DNA from: Myxococcota bacterium
Lineage (GTDB): Bacteria; Myxococcota; XYA12-FULL-58-9; JALHOP01
Assembly: GCA_022842935.1 (NCBI GenBank)
Contig: JALHOP010000010.1
Location: 106,144 to 170,143 of the forward strand
Direction of reading: 5' to 3'
DNA: 64,000 nucleotides
A model generated the notes under the pieces. It did no database searches. It was not told the origin of the DNA and saw nothing but the letters and a program-made list of their open reading frames with translations. Both the position numbers and the translations under genes were made by a program. This document shows positions 38,613 through 47,882 of this stretch, piece after piece; the stretch's first letter is position 1; each line of letters opens with the position of its first letter.

Positions 38613-41132
38613 CTAGGTGCCGATCCGCACAAGCGACATCAGCGGTGACTCGGGATCGCTCGCCTCGTCGAGATCGATCATTGCCTCAATCATCCACTCG
38701 TCGGTGCCCTCGGGGTCGACAAGCGTCTGGCGAACGCGGTACTGGCGGGGCCCCTCGGCGGTGAGCTGCGTCCGTGTCGGCAGGCGCGCTTCGTGGTCGA
38801 AGCGAAGCTTGGCATGCTGCGCCCAGTATGGCGCCATTGCGTCGGCGATGGCCTTGTCGTTCCACTGTTCACTTTGGCGTACGACATCGAGCACGGCTGC
38901 GTAGTGACGCGAGGCCAGCGCTTTCACGACCTGATGCATCTCGCCGCGCACACGCGCCGCAAAGCCACGCATATCCTGGCGCGGGTCGAAGACGTGTCGT
39001 CGAGGTGCTTGGGGCGCTTCGACAGTCGATTGCGCGGCCGGGTTCACGAGCTGCTCCCACTCGCGCACCAGCGAGTCGTCGACGCGCTCGAGCAAGCCGC
39101 GGAAGTAAACGGCAATCTCGAAAAGCGCCTCGTCCTTCAACGAATCGGGCACAGTCTGAGCCAGCGTGCGGTAGAAGTCGGACAAGTAGCGCAAGAGCAC
39201 GCCTTCGCTTCGTTCTAAACCGTAGTCGCGGACGTACTCGTGGAAGGTCGCAATCTTCTCGTACATCTCGCGGGCGATGGACTTCGGACGAACGTTGTCT
39301 TCACCTGCCCACGGGTGCTTGACGCGAAAAGCGTTGAACGTCTCGTAGAGAAACTCAGCGAGCGGCTTGGGATAGTCGACCTTCTCGAGCTCCTCCATAC
39401 GCTCGTTGTACTCCATGCCCTGTGCCTTGAGCTCAGCGATGCGTTCACCCTTGGCGCGGTCGAGTTGCTTCATGACGATGATGCGTGGCGTCTCGAGGAT
39501 GGATTCGACGAGGGAGACCACGTCCAACGCGTAGGTCGGAGACGCGGGGTCGAGTAGCTTCAGCGCGTCGAGCAAATACAGCGAGAGCGTCTGGTTGAGC
39601 GAGAAGTTGCGCTGGAGCTCCTCGTTGATCACGACGCGCGCCGCCTTGACGCGATTGCGGACAATGCTGACGATGCCACCAGCGACGAGCGAGCGAAAGA
39701 GCTCGCGGGCGCGACGGCGATGGCGCGTGCGCATCCCAGGTCGCTCGTGCGAGCGCGCAATGATGCGCATGAGACGACCGTATCCGCCGCCCCGCTCTTC
39801 CGTGGCTTGCTGCAAGAGCTGGAGCAACATGGCGTGACTCACCACGAAGCGTGACTCGAGCGGCTCCGGCTCGCGCTCGATGAGCTGGTTGAAGGTCTTG
39901 TCGTCCCACGGGACAAACCCGTCAGGGGGCTTCTTCTTGACCGCCTTCTTGCCCGCCCCCGCCTTCGCCTCGAGTTTACGATTTTCGATGACGTGCTCGG
40001 GCGCCTGACACACGACCGTGCCCTGCGTATCGAAGCCGCGTCTACCGGCGCGGCCGGCCACCTGTTTGAAATCGCGGACAGTGAGGAGACCGGTCTTCTG
40101 GCCGTCGTATTTGGCCAACGCCGAGAACAGCACCGTGCGGATCGGCACGTTGACGCCAACGCCCAGAGTGTCCGTGCCCGAAATGACCTTCAACGCGCCC
40201 TGCTGCGCGAGCTGTTCGACGAGGAGCCGATACTTCGGCAAGAGGCCTGCGTGATGGAGACCAACACCGTGGCGTATGAAGCGCTGGATGTCCTTGCCGT
40301 AAGGCGTATCGAAGCGAAAGCCGCGCACGATCTCGGCGATGCGTTGCTTCTCTTCGCGAGACGAGAAGTCGACCGACAGCAGGTTCTGCGCCTGCTCGGC
40401 GGCGTCGCGCTGGGTAAAGCTCACTAAGTAGACCGGAGCCTTGCCACGCTCGACCAATTTCTTGATGGCTTCATGCAACGCGTCTTCGCTGTAAACGAAC
40501 TCGAGGGGCACCGGGCGGTCGTTGCTTTTGACGACGGCAACCTCTCGCCCGGTGAGCTCGGCGAGCGATTTCTCGACCACGCTCGTGTCGCCGAGCGTCG
40601 CCGACATCAATAGGAATTGCGCCTGCGGCAACGTCAAGAGCGGAACCTGCCATGCGACTCCGCGATCGCGGTCACCATAGTAGTGAAACTCATCCATGAT
40701 GACGTAAGCGACGTCCGCTTTGTCGGCTTCACGCAACGCAAGGTTGGCGAGAATCTCGGCGGTGCAGCAAACCACCGGCGCCTGCGCGTTGATACTCGCG
40801 TCACCCGTGACCATGCCGACGTTTTCGGCCCCGAGCTCTCGGCACAACGCGAAGAACTTCTCGGAGACCAGCGCCTTGATCGGGCAGGTGTAGTAAGCGC
40901 GCCGGCGCTCAGCGAGCGCCTTGAATTCGAGAGCCAGGGCCACCAGGGATTTACCCGAGCCGGTCGGCGTCGCGAGCACGACGTGTTTGCCGTCCATCAA
41001 CTCGAGCACGGCCTGCTCTTGGGCCGGGTACAGCTCGAGACTCTGGCCCCCGACCCAGTCGACGAAGGCAGCGAGAATATTATCGACAGTCGGCGGTGTC
41101 GGGACACGTTCGCGCAGCATCGCGGCGCTCAT
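38613..41132 (-). CDS. Ski2-like DEAD/DEAH-box (DEFH) helicase with a C-terminal DUF3516-type domain.
   Basis: Walker A ATPTGSGKS, DEFH box (IMDEFHY), helicase C motifs (QVAGRAGRRG). Long C-terminal extension of 839 aa total. Confidence 0.85.
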   Translation of the reverse strand: MSAAMLRERVPTPPTVDNILAAFVDWVGGQSLELYPAQEQAVLELMDGKHVVLATPTGSGKSLVALALEFKALAERRRAYYTCPIKALVSEKFFALCRELGAENVGMVTGDASINAQAPVVCCTAEILANLALREADKADVAYVIMDEFHYYGDRDRGVAWQVPLLTLPQAQFLLMSATLGDTSVVEKSLAELTGREVAVVKSNDRPVPLEFVYSEDALHEAIKKLVERGKAPVYLVSFTQRDAAEQAQNLLSVDFSSREEKQRIAEIVRGFRFDTPYGKDIQRFIRHGVGLHHAGLLPKYRLLVEQLAQQGALKVISGTDTLGVGVNVPIRTVLFSALAKYDGQKTGLLTVRDFKQVAGRAGRRGFDTQGTVVCQAPEHVIENRKLEAKAGAGKKAVKKKPPDGFVPWDDKTFNQLIEREPEPLESRFVVSHAMLLQLLQQATEERGGGYGRLMRIIARSHERPGMRTRHRRRARELFRSLVAGGIVSIVRNRVKAARVVINEELQRNFSLNQTLSLYLLDALKLLDPASPTYALDVVSLVESILETPRIIVMKQLDRAKGERIAELKAQGMEYNERMEELEKVDYPKPLAEFLYETFNAFRVKHPWAGEDNVRPKSIAREMYEKIATFHEYVRDYGLERSEGVLLRYLSDFYRTLAQTVPDSLKDEALFEIAVYFRGLLERVDDSLVREWEQLVNPAAQSTVEAPQAPRRHVFDPRQDMRGFAARVRGEMHQVVKALASRHYAAVLDVVRQSEQWNDKAIADAMAPYWAQHAKLRFDHEARLPTRTQLTAEGPRQYRVRQTLVDPEGTDEWMIEAMIDLDEASDPESPLMSLVRIGT

Positions 41133-41341
41133 GGGGCCCGATGTACCACCAGCTCGGTAGACGGCGAAGCCCTTACGGCCCGTTGGGACCCCGCATGCAG
41201 TGTTTCATTAGGGTTCACTCACCCCCGGGTCGGTCAAACCCCAGGTATTCGACGCCGCGTTCCTCCTTGAAACAGGGAGTTACGAGCGATCTGAAGCTGG
41301 CACCCGCCTTGCTCAATGGGTGTCTCGTGGAGGACGCGACC

Positions 41342-42151
41342 ATGAGCGCTTTGACCATCGAGCTCAACGAACCGACCCCAGGCGCCGTTTCCAGAAGGAC
41401 CAGCCGGTCGCGCCGAGCCCTGAACCCCCAGGCTGCCACGACCCATACGCTGACCCCGCCCGCCCGAAGCCCCCAGACTGTGGAAACGACGCGCGCCGTC
41501 GAGCGTGCTTGTACGGACCTGCAATGGCTCGTCATGCGTGAAGCACGTCGCGTCGCGCGTCGCGTTCCTTACTTCACCGAAATCGATGATCTCATCGGCG
41601 CCGGGTCGGTCGGACTCGTGACGGCGGTCCAACGGCACATCGACCGCCCAATGCCCATTCTGCAGCGCTTCGCCCAGCTGCGCATCCGCGGCGCCATCCT
41701 CGACCACCTGCGCATGAACGACCACCTCACGCGCCGTCAGCGTGCAGCGGTGGGTCAGCTTCGCAAACAAACGGAAAAGATGACCCGCGAAGGCAAGGTG
41801 GTCGACACCGACAGCCTCGCTGCGGCCATGGGAATGGGCCGGGCCCGCGTCGAGCGCATCCGCTACCAGCTGTCCGCGGTCCACGTCACCCACCTCGGAG
41901 ACGACGAGCGCATGCCGGCCGGGGATGACGACCCGAGCGCATCGACCATGAAGAACGAGCTGCAAAAGCACTTGGTTGCCGCGCTTGCGACCCTGCCGGA
42001 TAAGGTGCAGACCCTCCTAAGCCTCTATTACTACGAAGGTTTATCGTATCGGGAGATTGGCACCGTCCTAGGCGTGACAGACTCCCGTGTGTGCCAGCTG
42101 CATACCCAAGCGATGCTCACATTGCGCCGCCGGCTCGCCCACTTGCGCTAG
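41342..42151 (+). CDS. fliA: RNA polymerase sigma factor of the FliA/WhiG (sigma-28) family.
   Basis: Region 2 (DDLIGAGSVGLVTAVQRH...AQLRIRGAILDHLR) and region 4 (LPDKVQTLLSLYYYEGLSYREIGTVLGVTDSRVCQLHTQAMLTLRRRL) align closely with E. coli FliA. Confidence 0.8.
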   Translation: MSALTIELNEPTPGAVSRRTSRSRRALNPQAATTHTLTPPARSPQTVETTRAVERACTDLQWLVMREARRVARRVPYFTEIDDLIGAGSVGLVTAVQRHIDRPMPILQRFAQLRIRGAILDHLRMNDHLTRRQRAAVGQLRKQTEKMTREGKVVDTDSLAAAMGMGRARVERIRYQLSAVHVTHLGDDERMPAGDDDPSASTMKNELQKHLVAALATLPDKVQTLLSLYYYEGLSYREIGTVLGVTDSRVCQLHTQAMLTLRRRLAHLR

Positions 42152-42227
42152 TTCGGCCGATCCCTGTGACGGCACGACGATCGGGAGTCGCTAAAGTTTT
42201 TGCGAGCAAGCGCCGTTCTTGTTCTCG

Positions 42228-42467
42228 ATGGCTACCAAGCTCGCGAGAAAAGACGATCCAGCCTTGTGGAGCACGTATCCATCCGCCGGTACTGCAACCG
42301 CGCCGTTAAGCGCCCGGCGTGATGCCTGCGAGCGGCAGCGACGCATTGCCCACCTCCGCGAGCTCGTCTCCTCTGGCACCTACAAGGTCAACCTCGAGCG
42401 CCTGGCGGGCGCCCTCATTCGCCGGGGTGGACTGGCGCGTGCGGTCTACCCCCGCGCGCTCAACTAG
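42228..42467 (+). CDS. flgM: Anti-sigma-28 factor FlgM-like protein.
   Basis: C-terminal RIAHLRELVSSGTYKVNLERLAGALI matches the FlgM sigma-binding helix pair. It lies immediately downstream of the fliA-like gene. Confidence 0.65.
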   Translation: MATKLARKDDPALWSTYPSAGTATAPLSARRDACERQRRIAHLRELVSSGTYKVNLERLAGALIRRGGLARAVYPRALN

Positions 42468-42477
42468 ACGGTTGCGG

Positions 42478-43422
42478 TCAGGGAACGAGGACGTCGCGCG
42501 GGATGACGTAGATCTCCGTAGGCTTATCGACGATCACGTTGCTGTTGTCCGTCGACAGCAACACGTCGCCGTTCTTCGTCCAGGCGATGCCCTCGAAGTT
42601 CGGCAACGGCTGGACGAGAGGCAGGAGGTCGAGCGCGACGACGGCGGTGATCTCCTGTAACTCGCCGTCCGCAGGTACGTCGAAGCGGACAATCCGGCCG
42701 ACGCCAAAGTGGCGCTCGATAGCTAGCACCTGGATGCCGTTGTCATCGCGGGCGCGGCACTCGAACGACGCGATCTTGCCTGCGTTACTCGTGAGCCAAA
42801 GCTTCCCGTAGCTCCACGCGTGCGTACCGAAGTCATAACGTGCGATGGGCGCGTAGCGACGACCTCTCTCGGAGACAACCACTTCGGTGCCAACGACGAT
42901 CGAGCCCAAAGCCGCGCAAATCGCTTCGATACCGTGGTTGATTCCGGCGCGCTGCCCCCACGCGTTATAGTCGAGCTTGATTTCGTCGGTAACGTGCGCC
43001 TCGTTCTCGTTCACTTCGACGAGCAGCAGCGCGTCCTCACGACGACTGTGATGGGTCTCGGTGCCGACGGCGAAATGGCCCGGAGACAAAAAGGCGATTG
43101 CCTCTGTATCGAGCCCTTCGCGCACGCCGGCGAGCGGGATTGTCTTCTCGACTCGGAAGACACCGCCCTCATCGCGAAAGCGGACGATTCTACGCTGGCG
43201 CTCCGGAATCGCGACATAGGCTCCGTCGTGGTCAACGGCGAGGCCCGACAGACCATCGCTCGTCGAACCCGCAAGAGTGCTACGCTGAATACCCTGGGTC
43301 GCTGCCGCCTTGTTGACCTCGAGCACCTTGGCGTCGGCATTGTCTGGTTCGCGCGAGCAGGCTACGGCGTAAGCAAAGAGCACCACTGCCAAGTGGCGGC
43401 TGAGGGAGGCGCGGAAAACCAC
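42478..43422 (-). CDS. Secreted beta-propeller lipoprotein (phytase-like esterase / SdiA-regulated family); tentative.
   Basis: Signal plus lipobox AVAC; NFEGIAW-type motif. Confidence 0.4.
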   Translation of the reverse strand: MVFRASLSRHLAVVLFAYAVACSREPDNADAKVLEVNKAAATQGIQRSTLAGSTSDGLSGLAVDHDGAYVAIPERQRRIVRFRDEGGVFRVEKTIPLAGVREGLDTEAIAFLSPGHFAVGTETHHSRREDALLLVEVNENEAHVTDEIKLDYNAWGQRAGINHGIEAICAALGSIVVGTEVVVSERGRRYAPIARYDFGTHAWSYGKLWLTSNAGKIASFECRARDDNGIQVLAIERHFGVGRIVRFDVPADGELQEITAVVALDLLPLVQPLPNFEGIAWTKNGDVLLSTDNSNVIVDKPTEIYVIPRDVLVP

Positions 43423-43441
43423 GTCCTCAGGTAGGAGAGCC

Positions 43442-44437
43442 GTGACGGAGCGTCAAGTGTTGGTTTCCGTGCTCATGCCGGCTCGCAACGCCGAGGCTAC
43501 CATCGAGGCCGCCGTCGCGAGCATCTCGGCTCAAACGCTCACCGACCTGGAGCTCGTCGTCGTCGACGATGGCAGCAGTGATCGGACCGCCAGAATCGTG
43601 GCTCGCATTGCGACCACCGACAGGAGGATCCGGCTCATCAATGGCGCGTCGCTGGGTCTCGTGCCCGCTCTGAATCGCGCGCTCGACGCGGCACGCGCAC
43701 CCTGGCTCGCCCGCATGGACGCCGATGACATCGCTCACCCCGAGCGTCTTGAGCGCCAAATGCGGCTGACCGACAACGCGGACATTATCGGCTGCGGCGT
43801 GCGCATCGTCGGAGCCGGCGAAGGCTACGCACGCTACGCCACCTGGCTCAATAGCCTCGTTACGCACGAGGCGATGATGCGCGAGCGCTTCATCGAGAGT
43901 CCGCTTGCCCACCCCTCTGTGCTCATGCGGCGAGCCACCGTCCTCGCGCTCGGTGGTTACAGAGACATGGGCTGGGCCGAAGACTACGACTTGTGGCTGC
44001 GCGCCGCGAACGAGGGCGCAAGGTTCGCTAAGGAGCCGCAAGTGCTACTCGACTGGATCGATCGCAGCGATCGCACGTCGCGCGTCGATGACCGCTATGG
44101 CGAAGAAGCATTCCAGGCATGCAAGGCTCACCACCTCGTCCTTGGTCCGCTCGCGGCGAAGCGCTGCAGCATCTGGGGCGCGGGCCCCACTGGAGCTCGC
44201 CTTGGCCGCGCCCTGCGGAAGCTCGGCGTCGTGGTCACACGATACATCGACGTCGATCCCAAGAAGATCGGAAGCACGCGGGGAGGCTCACCCGTGATCG
44301 CCGCAACGGATATCGACCGCGAGCGCGACGTCCCACTGCTCGCCGCCGTTGGCGCCCGCGGAGCGCGCGAGCTGGTGCGCGCGGAGCTCGTCTCACGTGG
44401 GTACGTGGAGGCCACCGATTTCTGGTGTGTCGCCTAG
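43442..44437 (+). CDS. Family 2 glycosyltransferase.
   Basis: VSVLMPARNAE...VVDDGSSD...DADD (DxD) architecture. Confidence 0.85.
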   Translation: MTERQVLVSVLMPARNAEATIEAAVASISAQTLTDLELVVVDDGSSDRTARIVARIATTDRRIRLINGASLGLVPALNRALDAARAPWLARMDADDIAHPERLERQMRLTDNADIIGCGVRIVGAGEGYARYATWLNSLVTHEAMMRERFIESPLAHPSVLMRRATVLALGGYRDMGWAEDYDLWLRAANEGARFAKEPQVLLDWIDRSDRTSRVDDRYGEEAFQACKAHHLVLGPLAAKRCSIWGAGPTGARLGRALRKLGVVVTRYIDVDPKKIGSTRGGSPVIAATDIDRERDVPLLAAVGARGARELVRAELVSRGYVEATDFWCVA

Positions 44438-45619
44438 GGCGCGCGCCAGTGCCTCGTAGTCCGCGCGATCGTTGTAGAGCTGCGCAGAGACACGGAACCA
44501 GCGGTGCGGCGACGACGGCCAGGCGAACACCGGTACCTCGATTGCGTGTGTATCAAAGAGCGTGCGTGCGAGCGGGTCGATCGGAGCGGTAGGCTGCGTG
44601 CCACGCCATGCGAGATGGGCGGGCAACGGCAGTGTGACCAAGGCGCCAAGCATGCTCTCTGGCACCGGCGGCGCGAGGCCAAACGTCGAACACAGATGGT
44701 CACGCGCTGCCCGCGCCATGGCGCGATTGCGGGCGCGCAGCTCTGGCCAGCCCCCTGGGAGAAGCCCCGCCATCACTTCGATGGCCCTCGGGATGCAAAG
44801 AAAGCCGGTGCAGTCGTAGGTGCCAGGCCAGTCGTGATCGCGACGAAATCCCTCCGTGCCCCCAGCACCGCGCGCGACGACGAGTGGACGAAACCCCTTC
44901 TGTCGGTCCCGGCGGACGTGGACGAACGCCGTCCCCTTTGGACTGCATAACCACTTATGTAAGTTACCCACGTAGTAGGCCGCGCCAATCGCGCTGACGT
45001 CGAGCTCGAGCATGCCGGTGGCGTGCGCACCGTCGACGAGGACATCGATGCCACGGGCCTCGAGCTTGGCGACGAGTTTCTCGACTGGCATGACCACGCC
45101 GGTCGGACTGGTGACGTGATCGATGAGCACGAGGCGTGTTTGCGAGCTCGTGGCCGCGAGCACGGCCTCAATCACCGAGTCGCCATCACGGAGCGGCAAG
45201 GGAATCTCGACGACCACGAGACGGAGGTCGCGGCGCCGGGCGAGGGCCTGCATAGCCATGCGACAGGACAGGTAGTCGTGATTGGTGGTGACGATCTCGT
45301 CGCCCGCTTCGAGCTCGAGATTCTCGAGCACGAGGTTCACGCCGGTGGTTGCATTGGTGACGAAAATGAAGTCGTCAGCGTCTGCGTTAACGAACACACC
45401 CAAGGCATGACGCGCACGTGCGAGCTCCGGGCCGACATAGTGCGCGAAGAACTGCGCCGGCTCCCGCTCCATGCGGGCGCGAAGCTCGCTTTGGTGCTCG
45501 AGCACCGCGCGGGGTGTCGCACCGAAGGCGCCGTGGTTGAGGTAACGAACCTTCGGATCGAGCATCCAGAAGTCGCGCGATTTGGGCATTGACACAGGCC
45601 AAACTGGCTCAGACGTCAT
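44393..45619 (-). CDS. Class V aminotransferase / isopenicillin-N-epimerase-like PLP enzyme.
   Basis: PLP-lysine motif NLHKWL; fold type I pattern. Confidence 0.8.
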   Translation of the reverse strand: MTSEPVWPVSMPKSRDFWMLDPKVRYLNHGAFGATPRAVLEHQSELRARMEREPAQFFAHYVGPELARARHALGVFVNADADDFIFVTNATTGVNLVLENLELEAGDEIVTTNHDYLSCRMAMQALARRRDLRLVVVEIPLPLRDGDSVIEAVLAATSSQTRLVLIDHVTSPTGVVMPVEKLVAKLEARGIDVLVDGAHATGMLELDVSAIGAAYYVGNLHKWLCSPKGTAFVHVRRDRQKGFRPLVVARGAGGTEGFRRDHDWPGTYDCTGFLCIPRAIEVMAGLLPGGWPELRARNRAMARAARDHLCSTFGLAPPVPESMLGALVTLPLPAHLAWRGTQPTAPIDPLARTLFDTHAIEVPVFAWPSSPHRWFRVSAQLYNDRADYEALARALGDTPEIGGLHVPT

Positions 45620-45705
45620 TTTCGTCTCCGCGCGAATCGCTCTTGCGCTCCGGCCGTCAATGCCTAGAATCGCCCGCGCTGTACCACTTTCAGGAGATTT
45701 GAACG

Positions 45706-45900
45706 ATGGCCGAGCAGAAGAAAGAGCGTGAAGTCGTGGTCGTGGGCTCGAAGCTCAAGGACGCCGTGAAGGCGGCTGGTTGCCAGAGCTCGGGCGACCT
45801 GGTCGAAGCAGTCTCGGAGAAGGTCCACGACATGCTCATCGCGGCGGTCGAGCGCGCCAAGCAAAACGGCCGCGCTACGGTTCGTCCTTACGACCTCTAA
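45706..45900 (+). CDS. Small histone-fold-like protein (DUF1931-like), 64 aa.
   Basis: VVVVGSKLKDAVKAAG...VEAVSEKVHDMLIAAVERAKQNGRATVRPYDL. Strong RBS (CAGGAGATTTGAACG-ATG). Confidence 0.5.
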   Translation: MAEQKKEREVVVVGSKLKDAVKAAGCQSSGDLVEAVSEKVHDMLIAAVERAKQNGRATVRPYDL

Positions 45901-45973
45901 TTCGTTTCGGCCTCGTCGGGCGTCTCTCCGCGAGGAGAGGCGCCGACGAACGTCGGACCCAACGAACGTCGAG

Positions 45974-45997
45974 AAGGCCTCCCCCGAGGCCTTTTTT
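45974..45997 (+). terminator. Rho-independent terminator (AAGGCCTC-CCCC-GAGGCCTT followed by T6).
   Basis: The hairpin plus U-tract follows the small DUF1931-like gene and abuts the qor stop. Confidence 0.6.
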
Positions 45998-46976
45998 ACG
46001 TTTTTGTCCAATCGATGACGAGCTTACCGAAGGTATCGTTCCGTTCGAGGCGTTGATGCGCTTCGCGGATGGCGCTTGGTGCGACGAGACTGTCGACGAC
46101 TGGTCGCAAGCGACCGGTGGCGAGATCAGGAACGACGTGCTGCTCGACCGCTCGAGCGAGCAAGATTTTTTCGGCGACTGGGCGCGTCCTCAGAACCGTG
46201 CCGCGCAGGATGAGCCGTTTGCTGAGGAGCCGGCCGAGGTCGAGCTCGGCCGTAGAACCGGCAGTGAGGCCAATGAGAACGTGACGTCCGCGATCGCGTA
46301 GCAGGGCCAGCGACGGTCGCACCATCGCCCCCCCGACGAGGTCAATGACGACGTCGACTCCTTCTGGGGCGAGCTGCTTCACGGCGTTCGGCCATTGCGC
46401 GTCACTCACGACACCGTCGACGTCACCGAGAAGCTTTGCGCGCGAGAGCTTGTCTGCGCTGCGCGATGTACCAATGACTCGCGCCCCCGCGCGGTTTGCG
46501 AGTTGCAGAGCCGCGGTGCCGACACCGCTACCCACGGCGTGGATGAGAACGAGCTCGCCACGCTCGAGGGCGCCCTCGGTGAACAACCCGTCGTAGGCTG
46601 TCATGAATGCCTCCGGCACTGCGGCGGCATGCTGCAAGGACATGCCCGCGGGGGCGCGCATGACTTCGTCGGCGGGCACGATGATTTGCTCGGCGTAGGC
46701 GCCACCACCGACGATCCCCATCACGCTCTCGCCGACCGTCAGACCGGTGTTGCCGCCCACTTCATCGATGACCCCGGCGTACTCGACGCCGAGAACATCG
46801 GTCGGTGACCCCTTGGGTGGGGGATAGAGTCCGCGGCGTTGGAGCAGGTCGACCCGGTTCAGCCCGCTGCCATGGACGCGAACGCGAACCTCGCCACGGC
46901 CGGGCGCGGGAGTTGGCCGCTCCTCGAGTCGCAACACGTCAACGTCGCCGGGCCTGTCGAAGACGATGGCGCGCAT
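45996..46976 (-). CDS. NADPH:quinone oxidoreductase (zinc-free MDR family).
   Basis: MRAIVFDRPGDVDVLRLEE...; C-terminal GxGxxG Rossmann fold. Confidence 0.85.
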   Translation of the reverse strand: MRAIVFDRPGDVDVLRLEERPTPAPGRGEVRVRVHGSGLNRVDLLQRRGLYPPPKGSPTDVLGVEYAGVIDEVGGNTGLTVGESVMGIVGGGAYAEQIIVPADEVMRAPAGMSLQHAAAVPEAFMTAYDGLFTEGALERGELVLIHAVGSGVGTAALQLANRAGARVIGTSRSADKLSRAKLLGDVDGVVSDAQWPNAVKQLAPEGVDVVIDLVGGAMVRPSLALLRDRGRHVLIGLTAGSTAELDLGRLLSKRLILRGTVLRTRPVAEKILLARAVEQHVVPDLATGRLRPVVDSLVAPSAIREAHQRLERNDTFGKLVIDWTKT

Positions 46977-46979
46977 GCG

Positions 46980-47801
46980 TTACAGACCTGTCCGCGCGAG
47001 GACACCTTGCAGCTCGCCGAAGCCCCGCAGTCGGTAGCCATAACGAGGGTTCTCCGGCCAAGCACCGCCGCCTCCGAGCAACAACGTCACGCCATGCTTC
47101 TCGCAGGCTGCGCCAACGCTTTCGACTTGCCGCTCCAAGTGCGACGCATCCGCAGAGATCGGGGAGGCCGAGAGCGCCACCATGCGAACGCTGCCCCCAG
47201 AGACAAAGCGTGTGAGCTCGGTGGTGGGGGTGTTGCGTCCTGCCCACCGGGGGAGCCAACCAGCCTCGCGCAGGCAAAGCTCGAGCAACGACAACCCGAA
47301 CGTATGCTGGTCACCCTCGGCTGTCGCGAGGAGACAGCGCGGGGCGTCGTCGCCGACCGGGAGAGATTCCGCAAGCATCGTCAGGCCGCGCTGCAGCACT
47401 TCACTCGCGAGATGCTCCTCGACAATCGTCATGCGGCCTTCCGTCCAGCGCTGACCCGCGGCATGGAGTACCGGACCGATCGCGTCGGCTACGCGCCACC
47501 AGCAGCCGCGCGCGGCGCGCTCGGTGAGTAACGCCGCTTGGACTTCGTAAGCGACGGCGTCGCTCGTGAGCAGGTCGAGCCAACGGTCGACATGCTCGGC
47601 GTGCGTCGGCATGCCCTTGTCGAGCCCGTTGCGGCGAGCGAACGCAGTCACTGTCGAGCGTGCGAAGCGCCGGTGCCCGCCAAGCGTCTTCACGCACTCG
47701 AGCTCGCCACTCTCGGTCCAGCGCTTTACCGTCGACGGTCCCACCCCGAGGGTGCTCGCGACCTCGCCGCTGGTAAGGAGCTCCGCAGAGTCGTCACCCA
47801 T
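46980..47801 (-). CDS. CarH/LitR-type light-responsive MerR-family regulator with a C-terminal adenosylcobalamin-binding domain.
   Basis: MerR HTH (LTSGEVASTLGVGPSTVKRWTESGEL). W-x9-EH photochemistry motif (WTEGRMTIVEEH). B12 DxHxxG (GDQHTFG), SxL (VALSAS) and GG (LLLGGGG) motifs. Confidence 0.8.
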   Translation of the reverse strand: MGDDSAELLTSGEVASTLGVGPSTVKRWTESGELECVKTLGGHRRFARSTVTAFARRNGLDKGMPTHAEHVDRWLDLLTSDAVAYEVQAALLTERAARGCWWRVADAIGPVLHAAGQRWTEGRMTIVEEHLASEVLQRGLTMLAESLPVGDDAPRCLLATAEGDQHTFGLSLLELCLREAGWLPRWAGRNTPTTELTRFVSGGSVRMVALSASPISADASHLERQVESVGAACEKHGVTLLLGGGGAWPENPRYGYRLRGFGELQGVLARTGL

Positions 47802-47832
47802 GTTGCTTAAAGCTGGCCGTTTTGGGCGATTC

Positions 47833-47853
47833 TGTCAATCTTGGACGTTGACA
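47833..47853. promoter_or_regulatory. Inverted repeat TGTCAA-N9-TTGACA in the divergent promoter region between the carH-like gene and the epimerase gene.
   Basis: Perfect 6-bp arms, lying about 30-50 bp upstream of both start codons. It contains a TTGACA -35-like hexamer on each strand. Confidence 0.3.
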
Positions 47854-47882
47854 AAGCGGCCGAAACGCCTAGTTTTGGCCTC

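Noticed and set aside
41133-41341. Possible small RNA or riboswitch in the 208-bp spacer between the helicase and the fliA-like gene.
   Set aside because: I saw only short imperfect inverted repeats and no recognisable riboswitch consensus (B12, SAM, TPP etc.). It is more likely a divergent promoter region.
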